Shown piece by piece: positions 23,400 to 36,295 of a stretch of DNA of 64,000 nt. The position numbers and the translations under genes were made by a program. The stretch spans positions 164,176,001-164,240,000 of the forward strand of contig OZ024741.1 in assembly GCA_964016885.1 (NCBI GenBank), given 5' to 3'. Source of the stretch: Eledone cirrhosa (lineage: Eukaryota). Every line of letters begins with the position of its first letter. Positions within the stretch are counted from its first letter, which is position 1. The notes below the pieces were generated by a model, which was not told the DNA's origin, searched no databases, and saw nothing but the letters and a program-made list of their open reading frames with translations.

Positions 23400-26300
23400 T
23401 TTTGTTTGTTTTTTATATCTAAAGAACTTCATCATAAACAATGTTTTTAACTTTTTCATCTTTTGTGTAATGATAAAGATTATTAGGATTCCCAATCTTG
23501 AAAGTGATATATGTAGTGGTCCATGAGAAAATACTTCATTTTTAAGAATGATACCAACTTTTTTAAATGTTTGACCTTAACTGGAAATTATAATCTTGTA
23601 AACCTCACTGGCTCCTTTACAAGTAATTTAATTCTTGGTAACAGTACTAATTAATATTTGTACTTTCCATTTAGTATTTTTGCTTCAATTACATTATTTG
23701 TAAGGGATTCCACTATTAACCTCATTCCGTTGCATAACTTTGGAGTTTTTTTAATTTTTAAAAAGAATAATTGGAGCTCCTTTCTTCAAATTGAATTCAT
23801 GTGGTGGAAATCCCAATAATTCTAATAAATTTAAGAACTCAACCGGAATATCTACTGTTTCATTTGTATCTACTACTTGATCTATAGAATTGTAGCTTCT
23901 TAATCTGTTCTACTTTGTTAAGTAACCACATATTAATAGCATCAACATTATCGTTTTTAGCAGCTAAAATTATTCTGCCTGACATCCGTTCTGTATTAGT
24001 GTAATTAATTGCAATGTCCTCAAAAATAATGTTTCTAAATCAATTTCATTCTCAACACTTTCCCACTGGTAATAATTGTTTCTACTTTTGGCACAAGGCC
24101 AACAATTATCCCAGTGTATTACTGGTACTTTATTTTATCGACCCTGTAAGGATGAAAGGCAAAGTTAACCTCGGTGGGATTTGAACTCAGACCATAAAGG
24201 GCCGTAACTCTTTGCTGCAAAGCATGGCTTCTGACCGTCTACTCATACTGCCAATCCACTGGTAATAATTGTTTCTACTTTTGGCATAAGGCCAGCAATT
24301 AACCAGTGCATTACTGGTACTTTATTTCATCGACCTCGTGAGGATGAAAGGCAAAGTTAACCTCGGCGGGATTTGAACTCAGAATGGCAAGGGCCGTAAC
24401 TCTATACGTCAAAGCATGGCGTCCGACCCTCTACCGATACTGCCAATCCATGGTAATAATATGTGATTGTCATCACTTGGGATCCTTTTTTCTCCTATTT
24501 CTAATAGTTTACTTGCAAAGTCCTGTAAGTCATTATTTTTTAGGATATGCACTCTCATATTAATTCTTAATGACAATTTGTGGAATAATAACCATAAATG
24601 GGATGCCTTGATAGATGCATCTATTTTATCAGCTTTTGTACCTCCTGGTATTACTGGAAGTATTTGTCACCAGCTAATAAAACAGCAATACTACCAAAAG
24701 GTAAATTATTCTTTTTAATCTCTTTCAATGTTTTATCAACAGCCTCTAAAATCTTTTTGTGTGACATTTAACTTCATCCCATACTAATAAATTACAATTT
24801 TCTAAGGTTATCCAAATTCGACTGTTTTTTCTAATTGATGTTGTGAATTCATCAAGTATTGATGATAAAAATGGTAATTTAAACATTCAATGTACTGTTT
24901 TTCCATTATCTAATAAAGTTGCTGTTATTCCCAAAGAAGCAACGGCTATACTAATAGAAACATTCATTTTATTATTTGCTAGTAAAAGATTGATCAAAAA
25001 TGTTTTTCCAGTTCCACCTGGAGCATCTAAAAGGTATGTTTGTTCATTTCTATTGGTTATTGAATCAATGATTGTATTGTAAATAAGTCTTTGTTCTTCA
25101 TTTAACAATGGTTCATTCACATCTACAAAGTTTCTTATTTCTAAGTGTTCGTTTACTCTTTCAATATTCTTTACTTCTAGTTCTTTATAAGTTGGTTCAG
25201 GTTGTCCTATTTCAATCAAAGCCTTTTGTCCTATTTCATATAAAGGAACTTTAAGTTTGTGTAAAAGTTCACTGTATAATATTTCTTCATCATTTATTTT
25301 TTCTTGTTGATTGTTTGTCAATCGATTTAGAATATCAACTGACATTGGTTGTTTAAATTCTTCATTTAATACTACAGGATCAGAAGGATTGCAATGAATT
25401 AGAATTATTGCAAATAAGCATCTCACTTGGTATGGCAGTTTGCTAGAAACAGTTTCTCTAAGTGCTAGTTTTAGATGATTGTCATCTTCTAACAACCCCC
25501 TGGCCAAACATGCTTCTCTAAATGTATTATAGACAATACCCTCATGTGTTTTTACATGTTTGAAAGATTTTGGACCTCTAACTACGTTCAGCAATAATCT
25601 GAGACAATAGCATTCTGTTTGATTAGGTGGTACAGTGTAAATTCTAGAACATGTTTGCACAAATCTACCATTCAATCTTCTTTTCCATGTTTTATTGGCA
25701 GTAAGGGTATAATGAGATGGACTGTCCTTATATAAGAAACTTCTTGCATACTTCTCACTTTTGTTCAATTTGAAGAACGAAATTAAAGTTGTATTTTGGG
25801 GGTTTCTAATTCTACTTTCAACATTATTGATGGTGGAGTACACTCTTTGACCATTTTCTAAATGTATATCCAATTGTTGAACAGCTGGGTATCGCATGTG
25901 AATAGTAAATTGAAGGAGTCTCCAAGCAGCCTCATTACTATTGAGATAATGTCCTGTTACACACTTATTGACTTCATTATGTTGGTCATTATTCCATATT
26001 CTTAGAACGGCAGCATCACTACCTTTATTAAAGTACTTAATTATATATACTATAGCTTGAACAGAGGAGCAAAGTTCTACATTGATATGGTTTTAAATAC
26101 TTTCAAAAACAATACAATCCTTACAATCCACCTATTGTCAATTGTATATGTTTTTGAGTTTCTTGTTATTGTTGCTGTTCTTCCTATGTAAGGGATATCA
26201 TGTGACATCTGTCCTGGTTTCATTAATTTAATATTTTGGGTAATTTTTCCTACATTTTACATCATTCACACATGGACATGCTGGATTTAATAAACCACAT

Positions 26301-27248
26301 GAACCATGGACCATTTGTATAGTGACTATATCATAAGGATTAGGATCATTAATTAGATCAGGAATTTCTGCAGAGTTTACTGAATCTGATTGATTTGGAT
26401 GAATTGTTTGCTCTAACCAAATTAAGATATGAGCCTCTTTTCTGCCATTCTACTGTATATATGTAGGCCTTTGTTTTGCCAAATATTCCACCTCCCTTAT
26501 CAACCAATATTTTCATAATTTTGTTTAACTTTTGTTTGAAAACTCTTGCAATTATGCTGTGCCTATCTTCGGGTTTTTGACCTTTGTATAGGTTCTCCAT
26601 GATCTCATTCCATTTAGGATTGCAAGTGAATGTTATAAATAAATCAGGCCTACCATATTCTCTCACATAACACATTGCATCTTGAGTGTTTCCTGCCAAT
26701 ATCTTGGACTTCCAACAAAAGTAGAAGGTAAAATTACAGCTCTACCTAATTCTTGTGCATTATTTAGAGAATCTTTTAAAAGCGAATACTCTTCGACCCT
26801 TAGCTTGGATTGGTGCTGTTTAATGTACAATAACCATTCAAACTCAATTTTGGAATACATATCAACTAAATACATTTGAAACAATTATTTACATCTTACA
26901 ATTTGATTCCAAGTATTTCTTAGTTGTAAATGATATGCATAATATTGCCTGCATGTAACGTTCTTATTTGGGGCGTTTGATTTGTATTTGGGTTGTATAA
27001 ATGTAAATCCAACGAATAGCTACCATGTCCTCCCCAATAAATCAAAGGATATTGTAATGGCTCATAGGATCTATGTAATTCATTGATTTTCTTTACAGAA
27101 TGTGGTTGGTGTTAGGAAGGGCATCCAGCCGTAGAAAACCTGCCAGATAGTCTTGTATGAGCGAGACACGGTCACACGACCAACCTTGCCTCAAGTGGGA
27201 CAACTCCCGTCTAACCCATGCTAGCGTGGAAGATGGACGTTAAATGAA

Positions 27249-27279
<31 letters not shown>

Positions 27280-28330
27280 TTATATTTATAAGTAAAAATG
27301 ATGTTTCTTAGTGGAAATTCAGTTCCAACCATTACTAATCCCACATTGTTAGATACTTGGTCATTGTACCTTTGTGCATGCTCACCAGCTGGTACTCTAT
27401 CTGCACAAATCGACAATTAAAGATTTGGACTGTTAACAAAAGATGCCATAGTTTTAATTTGTCTGATAAACTCACTATTTTCCAAAAGCACCTCTTGGAT
27501 GTTTCTTATAGTGTGTGTGTTTCAGGAAACCTACTATTTCTAATATTAATTTGTTCATTTAAATCAAGCATAAAATAAACTCGTGCATATTTAGGAATAT
27601 TATCAACTGCATTATACAATGAACTTAATTCTATGATAAATTTGACCTTGTATTTTAAAAACTGCCATGAATCCCGGCAGAGACATTGATTCATCGACTC
27701 CAAAGGATGTCATTTGTTATATTTTTTTATATTCTTTAAGAAGTTTTTGGAATCCAGTGTTTTCCCCTAGCATTAGTGTATTTAAAGGTTCAGGTAGTCT
27801 TTCAATTAAATTCAATTTAACTTTACCATTTGAACAACATAATCCCTTAGGTTCATCTTTAAATAGTTTTGCACAACAATGCTTACAAACTACTGACATT
27901 GTTCCTAACTTTGATAGATTATCATAATTTTTACTTGGATTATATTCAAATGCTGCATTTGTAAATGATTTAACAAAACTACGTAGTTCAGCATGCCTAG
28001 ATCTTTTTACTTGAGTTACAATTTCTTGTACCTCACTAGTCTGAGAACATCCTGCTTCATTGTGAGAAATTCTATTTTATTTTCCTCTCTTATTTCATAT
28101 CTTTGTTTTTCTGTCAAATTCCCTCTCAACTCTTGGAGAGCTGATCTGTTTTCGTCTCTAATTTCATTTCTCCTTTGAATTGAGAGCCTTTCCCGTCTTT
28201 GATACTCTCGATTTCTTGCTCTCTGAACTTCTTTCTCTTCTTCATTCATTTCCTTTCTCTTTCAGCGCTTTCTTTCTGAGCTATTTGAAAATTTCCTTAC
28301 ATTATTAATATTATTGTTTTTTAAGTTTTC
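23400..28330 (-). mobile_element. Second Helitron RepHel pseudogene (AT-rich family)
   Basis: CKHCCAKLF...CCSNGK, ILPSTFVGSPRY, YGRPDLFITFTCNPKW, VEWQKRG, HLENGQRVY, LDAPGGTGKTFL, decayed helicase C-terminus. Confidence 0.92.
24070..24455 (-). mobile_element. Two tandem tRNA-derived SINEs (family A) inserted in the Helitron
   Basis: A box TGGCAGTAT.., B box GAGTTCAAATCC, core ttgcctttcatcct...ggtcgataaaataaagtaccagt, tail agtagaaacaattatta; cca(c)tggtaataat repeated at all three junctions. Confidence 0.85.
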
Positions 28331-28345
28331 ATTATTATGCGCTGT

Positions 28346-28560
28346 ATTATGATATCAATATTAATACAGTGCATAATAATCGTTTCTACTTTTGGCACAA
28401 GGCCAGCAATTATCCTAGTACATTACTGGTACTTTATTTTATCGACCCCGTAAGGATGAAAGGTAAAGTTAACCTCGGCGGGTTAACTTTGCCTTTCATC
28501 CTTACGGGGTCGATAAAATAAAGTACGAGTAATGCACTGTATTAATATTGATATCATAAT
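28346..28560. repeat. Hairpin made of a SINE-A fragment plus flanking DNA
   Basis: Inversion centre gttaacc-tcggcg-ggttaac; outer attatgatatcaatattaatacagtgcat is mirrored at 28532-28560. Confidence 0.9.
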
Positions 28561-29014
28561 TTTCTGAAGTCACCCTGTTGTTAAATGAATTTGTGTCGTT
28601 TGCTACAATGGCGAAAAAATATGGATGATAAAGAAGAGTAAGATGAAATAAGAAAGGTTTGGAAAAGAAAGAATATAGTGGTCCAATTGTTCTAACAACG
28701 AAACACCCTGATCTTGAAATGAACGATTTCTACAGATACATTCACTCTTAGCAAACGACAATTACTTGTGTGCGTATGTGTAGGTTTGTTTGAGTATGTG
28801 CGCATGCGTGTCAGTGTCATAATATACAGCCAATCATGTAGTTATCAACCCCAAGCAAACATACAGCCCCCTCTCCCCCCCCCTCACATATCTCACTTTG
28901 TCAGTGTTGGTGGGAGCGAGTCGTGGTAGCAATAAGAGTACATACAACAGTGACAGTAGGAGAAGGTATGTGACGTCATAAGATAGACAAGACAGAAAGT
29001 TTTGAGATAGATAT

Positions 29015-29183
29015 GTTTCTTTTATTTGCCACCAGGGCATCAAAAGTGGGACAAGTACAATGGGGGGAGTTTACACAAAAAGGCGTCCTCAATAAGGAGG
29101 AGGCAATAACAAAATATAAAAATAAAATAAAATATAACAAAAAATAAAATTTATAACAAAATCCTCAATAGAGAGGAGGCGCC

Positions 29184-29226
<43 letters not shown>

Positions 29227-32200
29227 CGCACACACCCCCGAAAAAAGTGTGCAACCCTTTTCCTCAGGAGCACAGAGAAGGTGTGCTCCCTCGTTCCTTC
29301 CTCCTTTCCACCTACAGGCTTATGTAAAGAGAAGGCCCATTCACACGGGCCATTTTCGCCACTTTCACCCATCTTTCATAAAAACGACTGGGGTGGAGCA
29401 CCTCTCTCTCCATCCTGATCCTTCTTCCGAAATGATATCGGAAGAAACGGACCAGTTGTTGACCAGAGAGAAAGGTGCCTGACCTCAGTCCTTTCAGACG
29501 CGTCCACCATACAACTTCTTTCACCGTGGCTATTACGCACAGAAACACCGCCTCTCCTTCATCTTTGAAGGGGGGAGGCGGCTTGATCATTACAATAGAC
29601 TCGGTGGTCAACCTGATCGGTCCCACCCTTGACAGCAGTTGTTCGACATAGCCCCACAGATCGGCTACGCCCGAGCAGTGTACCAATGCGTGTGCAACGC
29701 TTTCCTCGTCGCACACGCATCTGGGACAGATCTTTTTGGCGGGGTCCCTACCCGGGCGCCCATGTCTGTAGAGATTTTCTCGAACGGGTAGAGCCCCTCG
29801 GTAGCACTGCCAGGCCAGGGACTTCTGGAAGTTGTCCATAGGTCCCGGGCTGAATGTCCTACCGAACAGGCTGGCCAGTTCGTCCTCCTCCATGTCTAGG
29901 GCTTCTCCGAGGGCGTCGTCGCACCTGCTGCGTACCAGCCCTCTATAGAATGTTGCGGTGGAGTCTCCACTGATAACCGGATCCGCCTGCCAGAGGGCGG
30001 TGAGCGCCTGGGCACACTCAGTGTGCCAGGAGCCCAGTTTTCTCGTCTTTGCTTGACCCAGGATTGCAGCTCGGTGAGTGAGACGAGTCTGGGAAAGATT
30101 CGTCTCACAAACGAGGCCCACACTGGTTGACCGGTGAGGAATACGTAGAGGTGCCGTAGCCTTAATGCGTGTTTACGCATCATTAGCCACGGCATCCCCA
30201 GCCCTCCTTTCGAAGGGTGTTGACAGCAGATGGATCTCCTCACCAAGGGAGCCCGCCTCTTCCAAAGGAATTGGAAGAGCGCGCGTTCCATCTTGGCGAA
30301 GGTTTCCCTTGGGCAGGGCACTACGGTCAGGCGGTAGTAGATGACGGACGCTATATAGGTGTTCGCCACCTCCGCTCGACCTTTCAGGGATAGTTTGCAA
30401 CTGGCACACTTCTGGGTCAGTGCAAACACCCTGTTCGTAACCTCCGCCCAGTTCTTCTTCACCTGGAGGTCCGGTCCGAACCAGACCCCGAGCAACTTCA
30501 CCGGGCCCTCCGTCCAGCGTCCGACGACGCCATCGGAGGGCATCGGTCTGCCCCTCCACGTGCCGAGTTGCAAACCGATCGACTTGTCCCAGTTCAGCTT
30601 AGCCCCTGTGAACCTTTCGTACTCCTCCAGTAAGGTGCCGGCCGCCCCGATTTCGGAGGCCGTCGACACCATTACTGTCACGTCATCGGCGTAGGCCGAC
30701 ACCACTTTCCGCAATCCCGGTTCCAAAGGGATGCCCTGCAACAACTCCAGCTTCCGCAGTAGTGGCTCGAGAGTCAACACATACAGAAGGGAGGAGAGAG
30801 GGCACCCTTGTCGGATGGACCGCGCGATTTTGAACGGCTCCGAGAGGTAGCCGTTCACCTTGACCATAGAGCAGATGCGGCCGCTGTGCATAGCATTGAT
30901 CCAGCCCCTGAAAACGGGTCCGAAGCCTGCCGCCGTTAGCACCGCATCCAGGTAACCATGGTCGACCCTATCGAACGCCTTAGCCCCACCAAATCCGGGT
31001 TCGTTCCCAACACTCTCTATGATGTATCGCATGAGGTGGAGGTTGTCATGGATGGACCTGGACGGGATAGCACATGTCTGCGCATCTCCCACCAGGTTGC
31101 CCACGACAAGCGCCAACCTCTTTGCTAGCACCTTCGCCAAAATCTGTAACTCTGTATTTAGCAGAGTTATGGGCATGAAGTTACTTATTTCGTCCCCCTT
31201 GTTCTCGTCCTTCCTCACTAGCGTGACTACGCCCTTGGTCACAGTACAGGGAATTCTCCCGTTCTGTTGCCAGTTGCAGTAGACCGCCTCGAGGAGATCG
31301 GGGAACAAGTCCGGCATAGCTAGATATAGTTCGTATGGAAGACCATCGAGACCCGGGGATTTGCGTTTGCCGCATTGGCTCAGCACGTCCTCTATCTCAG
31401 CGGCCGAAATCGGCTCCTCGCAGGACTTCGCCTCCCTGTCCGAGAGACGTGGCAGGTCGTCGAGGTATGGACTGAAGTCCACATCCCCAACCGGCTCCCC
31501 GCCCCTTCCGAACAGTCGGGCAAAGTGCCTTTGAAAGGCCTCTCACATCTGCTTAGGCTCAAGAATCGCCCGTCCATCCTGGTCTCGCAAAGACCGGATG
31601 GTGGATTTAGTTCCACTGTTGGTCTCTGTCACGCGGGACCAGCTAACAGCTTTGGTCCCCTCGTTTCCTAGAGCACGTATTTTACTTCGGACAACGCAGC
31701 CTTCGTGCTTCGCGTCGAAAAAACTGACTCAAAGCCATTCTCGACGCTAGCACTCTGGCCACGTCGCCGCTTCTAATTGCCTCTTCTACTCTATCTATTA
31801 GCTCCCTTTCCTTCCTATTCCTATCCGCAGCTAGAACCTTACTAAATTCTATCGAGACTACTCTAATCTCTCTTTTTAGAGATACCCACCACCTGCTGTT
31901 GACGATCGCTCCAGTCAACCGTTCCTTAACTAACGTACTAATCCGATCCCTGTAAGCTCTACTTGCCGGCAAGGACAAGTTGAGCTTCCAGTAACCGGGG
32001 CCTTGTCTATGCGTTCTATCAAGGTTGACCATGCAGGTCACCAACTTGTGGTCTGAATAGCCAACCATGAGCATTTCTGGACAACTTAAAATGTCCCTGT
32101 CCTTATTTCTAACTAAAAACCTATCTAGGTACGACCTAGATGATCCGCTGCGATTTGACCAAGACCAGGTTGGCACCGTCGGAAAATCTAGTCGAAATCT

Positions 32201-33540
32201 ATCGGCCAGGTCAAATCGGCCGAGTAACCCCTTGAGGTTGTTGCACCCCTCTCTATCGGGACATGCCCCTGCATAGTCCCAACGTGCATCCAGGATACCA
32301 TTCCAGTCCCCCAATAAAAGCAGGGAACGGAACGTCCCTAGAAAAAACTCCAGACGCTGGAAAAAGTTGGGCCGCTCTGTCCCAAAAGAGGCATATGCAG
32401 CTACCAGCCTAAAGGCTCTACCTTCACCACTGCCAAGGTCCAGCACCACCAGTCGACCCCCTGGGTCCAAGTGAACTATCTGTGTTGCAAGGCCCAGATG
32501 TTTTTGCAGCAGAATGACAACCCCACCCCCACCTCCGGGCTGACAGAGAGATGCGTGCATCTCAAAGTCGTCAAAGGTGGGGGCTAGCTGCCGCATGCTG
32601 CTGATCCGGGCCTCGCAGATAACCAACACATTTATAGATCGTGACCTGAGGTCATTTAGAAGCATTGCTTGCTTCCAAGATGAGCCCAGGCCACGCGCAT
32701 TTAGACACCCTACTCTTAGCACAGCCATGTTGGTGGTAAGGAGAAAAGGTACTTACCTCTCTGCGTCCCGGGAAACGGGCCGCTCAATTTCCATGCTGGT
32801 TGGGGATGGGTTGTTGGGTGGGGTCGGGTGGTGGTTTGTGGAAGTGAAGGGGCATCAGTGTGTTGTGGGGTTGGGGTGTTTGTGGTTGAGTGGGTGGGGG
32901 GTGGGGGATGAATTTTTTTAGGAGGACGCGGTTGATTGGTTTGGCGCAGGGGACTGGGGGGGGGGGGGGGGGGGGGGCACGTCCTCCGTGAAATTTATTT
33001 TCAGTGTTTTGTAAAAGTTCATTGGGACTTTAATCATTTTTAAATGAGGTAGTCCCACAGCAGTTATAAAGTTAGGCCCTTCAGTTTGGACCGAAGGGTT
33101 TGCTGAAATTGTTTTCAGTAGTTATGTAATGTATATTGTAAAGTCTTTTTTTGTGTAGCAGTTAGTGTTGTGTGACAGAGAGGTGTAGTTTGTGTTCTCT
33201 TGGGGAGGGTTAAAGTTAACATGTGTGTCTGTGGTGCGTCTCCTCTTCTTTCTTTTTACTTGTTGGAAGGGATCTTTTTCGTCTTGCGACGAAAGGGGTT
33301 CGTCTTCCTTGTTGGGTGGGAGGAGTATGTTTTCTGGTAGTGTTTGCGGTGTGTGTGTTTTTGTATTTGTTTTGGGTGGAGAGGGATTGGGTGGGACAGT
33401 ATTCTGTGTTGTTTTTTCACGTGTTTGTTGTTGTTGTTGTTGTTGTGGTGGTGGTGGTGGTGGTGTTGGTTTTTGTTGTTGTTGTTGTTTTGGGGGTGGT
33501 GTTGGTGTTGGTAACAGTGTTTTTTTCTGTGTGAGCTGGG
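29015..33540 (-). mobile_element. L1/Tx1-clade LINE: ORF2 nearly complete but frameshifted, decayed ORF1 tail
   Basis: VGCLNARGL, LLGDWNG, SYLDRF, YSDH, GPGYWKLN; KSPGLDGLPYE, AKAFDRVDH, RQGCPLS, AYADD, GGLG; C-terminal CPRC...ESVAHALVHC; AATAAA near 29020. Confidence 0.93.
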
Positions 33541-33560
33541 GACAGATAGATAGTTATATA

Positions 33561-33876
33561 CAGGGGCCCCGTTTGCCATAAAAATGTGAGGGGGACAAAC
33601 CAACATTTGTTGATTCTTAAAGGAACATAATAATGAAAATATTGTGTACAGTGCTCAGGTGCACTACAACATGTTAGTATTGCTTATGGTCCCTTTCGCG
33701 GACCCTATCACATAAGCAAGATTTTACGCTAATTAAATTTTATATATTCAAATGAAGTTCAGATATAAACAAAATAAGCTTAAAACGAATTTATTATATT
33801 AAATAAACAAAAAAATAAAACAGACGTTTGAAAAAGAGACTTGTCCCCTAGTACCCCCCCTGAAACAAGGCCCTTG
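33561..33876. mobile_element. hAT-family MITE
   Basis: CAGGGGCCC...GGCCCTTG termini; interior is the reverse complement of 35730-35925 and 34230-34265. Confidence 0.65.
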
Positions 33877-34229
33877 GATATATAGGTAGGTAGGTAGATA
33901 GATGTGTGTGATTGTAAAAATTATTTTTATCAAACAGATAGAATATGGATGGTAATTCAAGTTAATACACTTCTCAATGTTATCTAATGGTCACCCTATT
34001 TCAATGCATATGTAATAAATATTTTTTTAAGTATGTCTGTTTATATATATGTATGTGTAAATGCGCGTGTTTGTAATTCTATTTTCTATATATCTTTCTA
34101 AATAAACACACAAACACATACATTCACTCAAATATATATAAATATATTTTACACAAACACCCATATACACACAAACGTTCACATACCTGCATTTTACACG
34201 CATACACATACACTCACACAGAGTTGAAC

Positions 34230-35930
34230 CATGGGCCTTGTTTCAGGGGGGTACCAGGGGACAAGCCCCCCTCCCCCACTTTTTCAGGAACGGGGGACAA
34301 ACCATCATTTGTCCACCCTACTTTTTCCCCAATTCAAAAATAAAGAAAATCTCACTAACAAGTCATACATATGCATAATACCTATTTTTACATGTTTATT
34401 TATATGAATATATATAGACCCTAAGTTATAATCAGTTGTAATAGACCCTAAGTTGTAATTTTGTTTGTTCGATATTTACATCCATTTGCTCAAAATTAAA
34501 ACAGATCAACGCATCAATAATTTGAATGAGAATTGTATAACATTTTTATATGTATTTGTCTCACTAAGTGAATATAGACAAATTTTAGGACCTGTTTAAT
34601 ACAGCAGAAAAAATGATTTATCAACTCAATACTTCTCCTTTGGAGCTACACAGGCAACGAAAAGTTCCTAAAAGATTCCAGGAAGGAAATGTATTAAAAT
34701 ATCAACACTGCAGTTTTCGATCATTACAGAGTGCAGTATTTGCAGCTACAGGATACTGCAATAACAAATTTGAAAGATTTTTTTTCACAGGATTTAGCAG
34801 ATTATGAAAAACAGCGATATTTTACTCAATGGAAAATTCTATGCTGAAGTGATCATGCAGTATCCAGAGCTTGATGTATTGGTCATCTAATAGTTACCTC
34901 GCGTTATAATTATGTAAGAAAGTTATGAATTAAATTTTTAATTATTTGATTAAAAACTTTTTTTTTTTAAACATAAATTCAAAAGTGTCTATTATACATC
35001 AGAATAATGTCGTATCCAATATAGAATATTGCTGAAGATTTTTTTTTTAAAGCACGGCGCCAAAGGAGCTCTTGAAGGTGAGTGCTGAAAAGTGCTTCGC
35101 TTATTCCTCTCATGGCACAGAATTTGACTTTGCAAAGCCCCCAGCTGCCTTCCACACGGTTTGTGTGGATTGAAGGGTCCTTGGGGTCCACAAAGTTGTA
35201 ACGATGGTTACAAAAAAAATTATAATTTATGCTTCTTATTTACTTTTCTTTAAATTATTTTTTTTGTTAAATTAACAAAAAAAAAATTGAATACTTTAAA
35301 ATTTAATTAATAATAACTTTCTTACTTAATTACATTAAAAAAACCCAAATAATAATAAAAAAAAACAAATAATTTAACAACATAACCGATGAATTTCCTT
35401 TAAGGAAATCTCTCGAGGATCATCGTAAAATATTAAGTGAAATGCAACCAGAAGTCCGTCGTATGTTTCCAAACGTTGAGCGATTGCTCAGGCTACTTCT
35501 AGTGAAGCTGAAAGATCTTTTAGCGTTCTGCGGAGACTCAAAACTTGGCTGTGATCGACCATGACTCAGCAAAGGTTGAATCATATTGTAATATGCCACG
35601 TTCATAGAGATGTTTTGAAAAAAATTGGTTGTGAAGAAATTGCTAAATAATTTATTGACAGCAATGATGCGAGATATAATAATTTGGATAGTTCTAAAAG
35701 ACAATAAATTTACTTTATATTTTTTTTTTATTCAAACGTCTGTTTTATTTTTTGTTTATTTGATATAATAAATTTTTTTTAAGCTTATTATTTTATATCA
35801 TTTGAATAAGTAAAATTGAATTAGCGTAAAATTTTACTTATGTGAAGGGTACCATAAGCAATACTAACATGCTCCTTTAAGAATCAACAAATGTTGGTTT
35901 GTGCCCCTCACATTTTTAAAGCAAATTAAT
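34230..35930 (+). mobile_element. Deleted hAT transposon with C-terminal dimerization-domain remnant
   Basis: catgggccttgtttcagggggg terminus; FPNVERLLRLLLV..AE(R)SFS.LRRLKTWL.STMTQQRLNH...HVH at ~35460-35610. Confidence 0.75.
34960..35215 (-). mobile_element. Merlin/IS1595-like transposase C-terminal fragment nested in hAT
   Basis: NHRYNFVDPKDPSIHTNRVEGSW...HLQELLWRR. Confidence 0.75.
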
Positions 35931-36189
35931 TTTTTTCACCGTAGAATTTTCACCATCCCACTTCCATCGGTGGATATATAAATATATTTTCCACAACCAT
36001 TCATATAATCACAAGAATCAATGTGTGTAGCCAATTCGCTATACATATACACACACAAATGCCGGTGGAAAAGGTTTGGAAGGTCTGTTGGCTGCTTTGC
36101 CGTAGTAATTTCACCATCCCCTTCCTCCCTTTTACACACACACATACTCACCACCCCACTTCTATCGCGGGACTGACACACGGACACGA

Positions 36190-36286
36190 TTATAATTGTT
36201 TCTACTTTTGGCACAAGGCCAGCAGTTAATCTAGTGCATTACTGGTACTTTATTTTATCGACCCCGTAAGGATGAAAGGAAAAGTA
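36190..36286 (-). mobile_element. SINE family A 3' fragment (others at 6688-6709, 48070-48222)
   Basis: ataattgtttctacttttggcacaaggcc...ttttatcgaccccgtaaggatgaaagg. Confidence 0.8.
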
Positions 36287-36295
36287 AGGCTTGTA

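Noticed and set aside
32728-32760. Splice-donor-like AGGTAAGT just upstream of the Tx1 ORF2 ATG
   Set aside because: A single short motif overlapping the likely ORF1 stop; no acceptor or transcript evidence.
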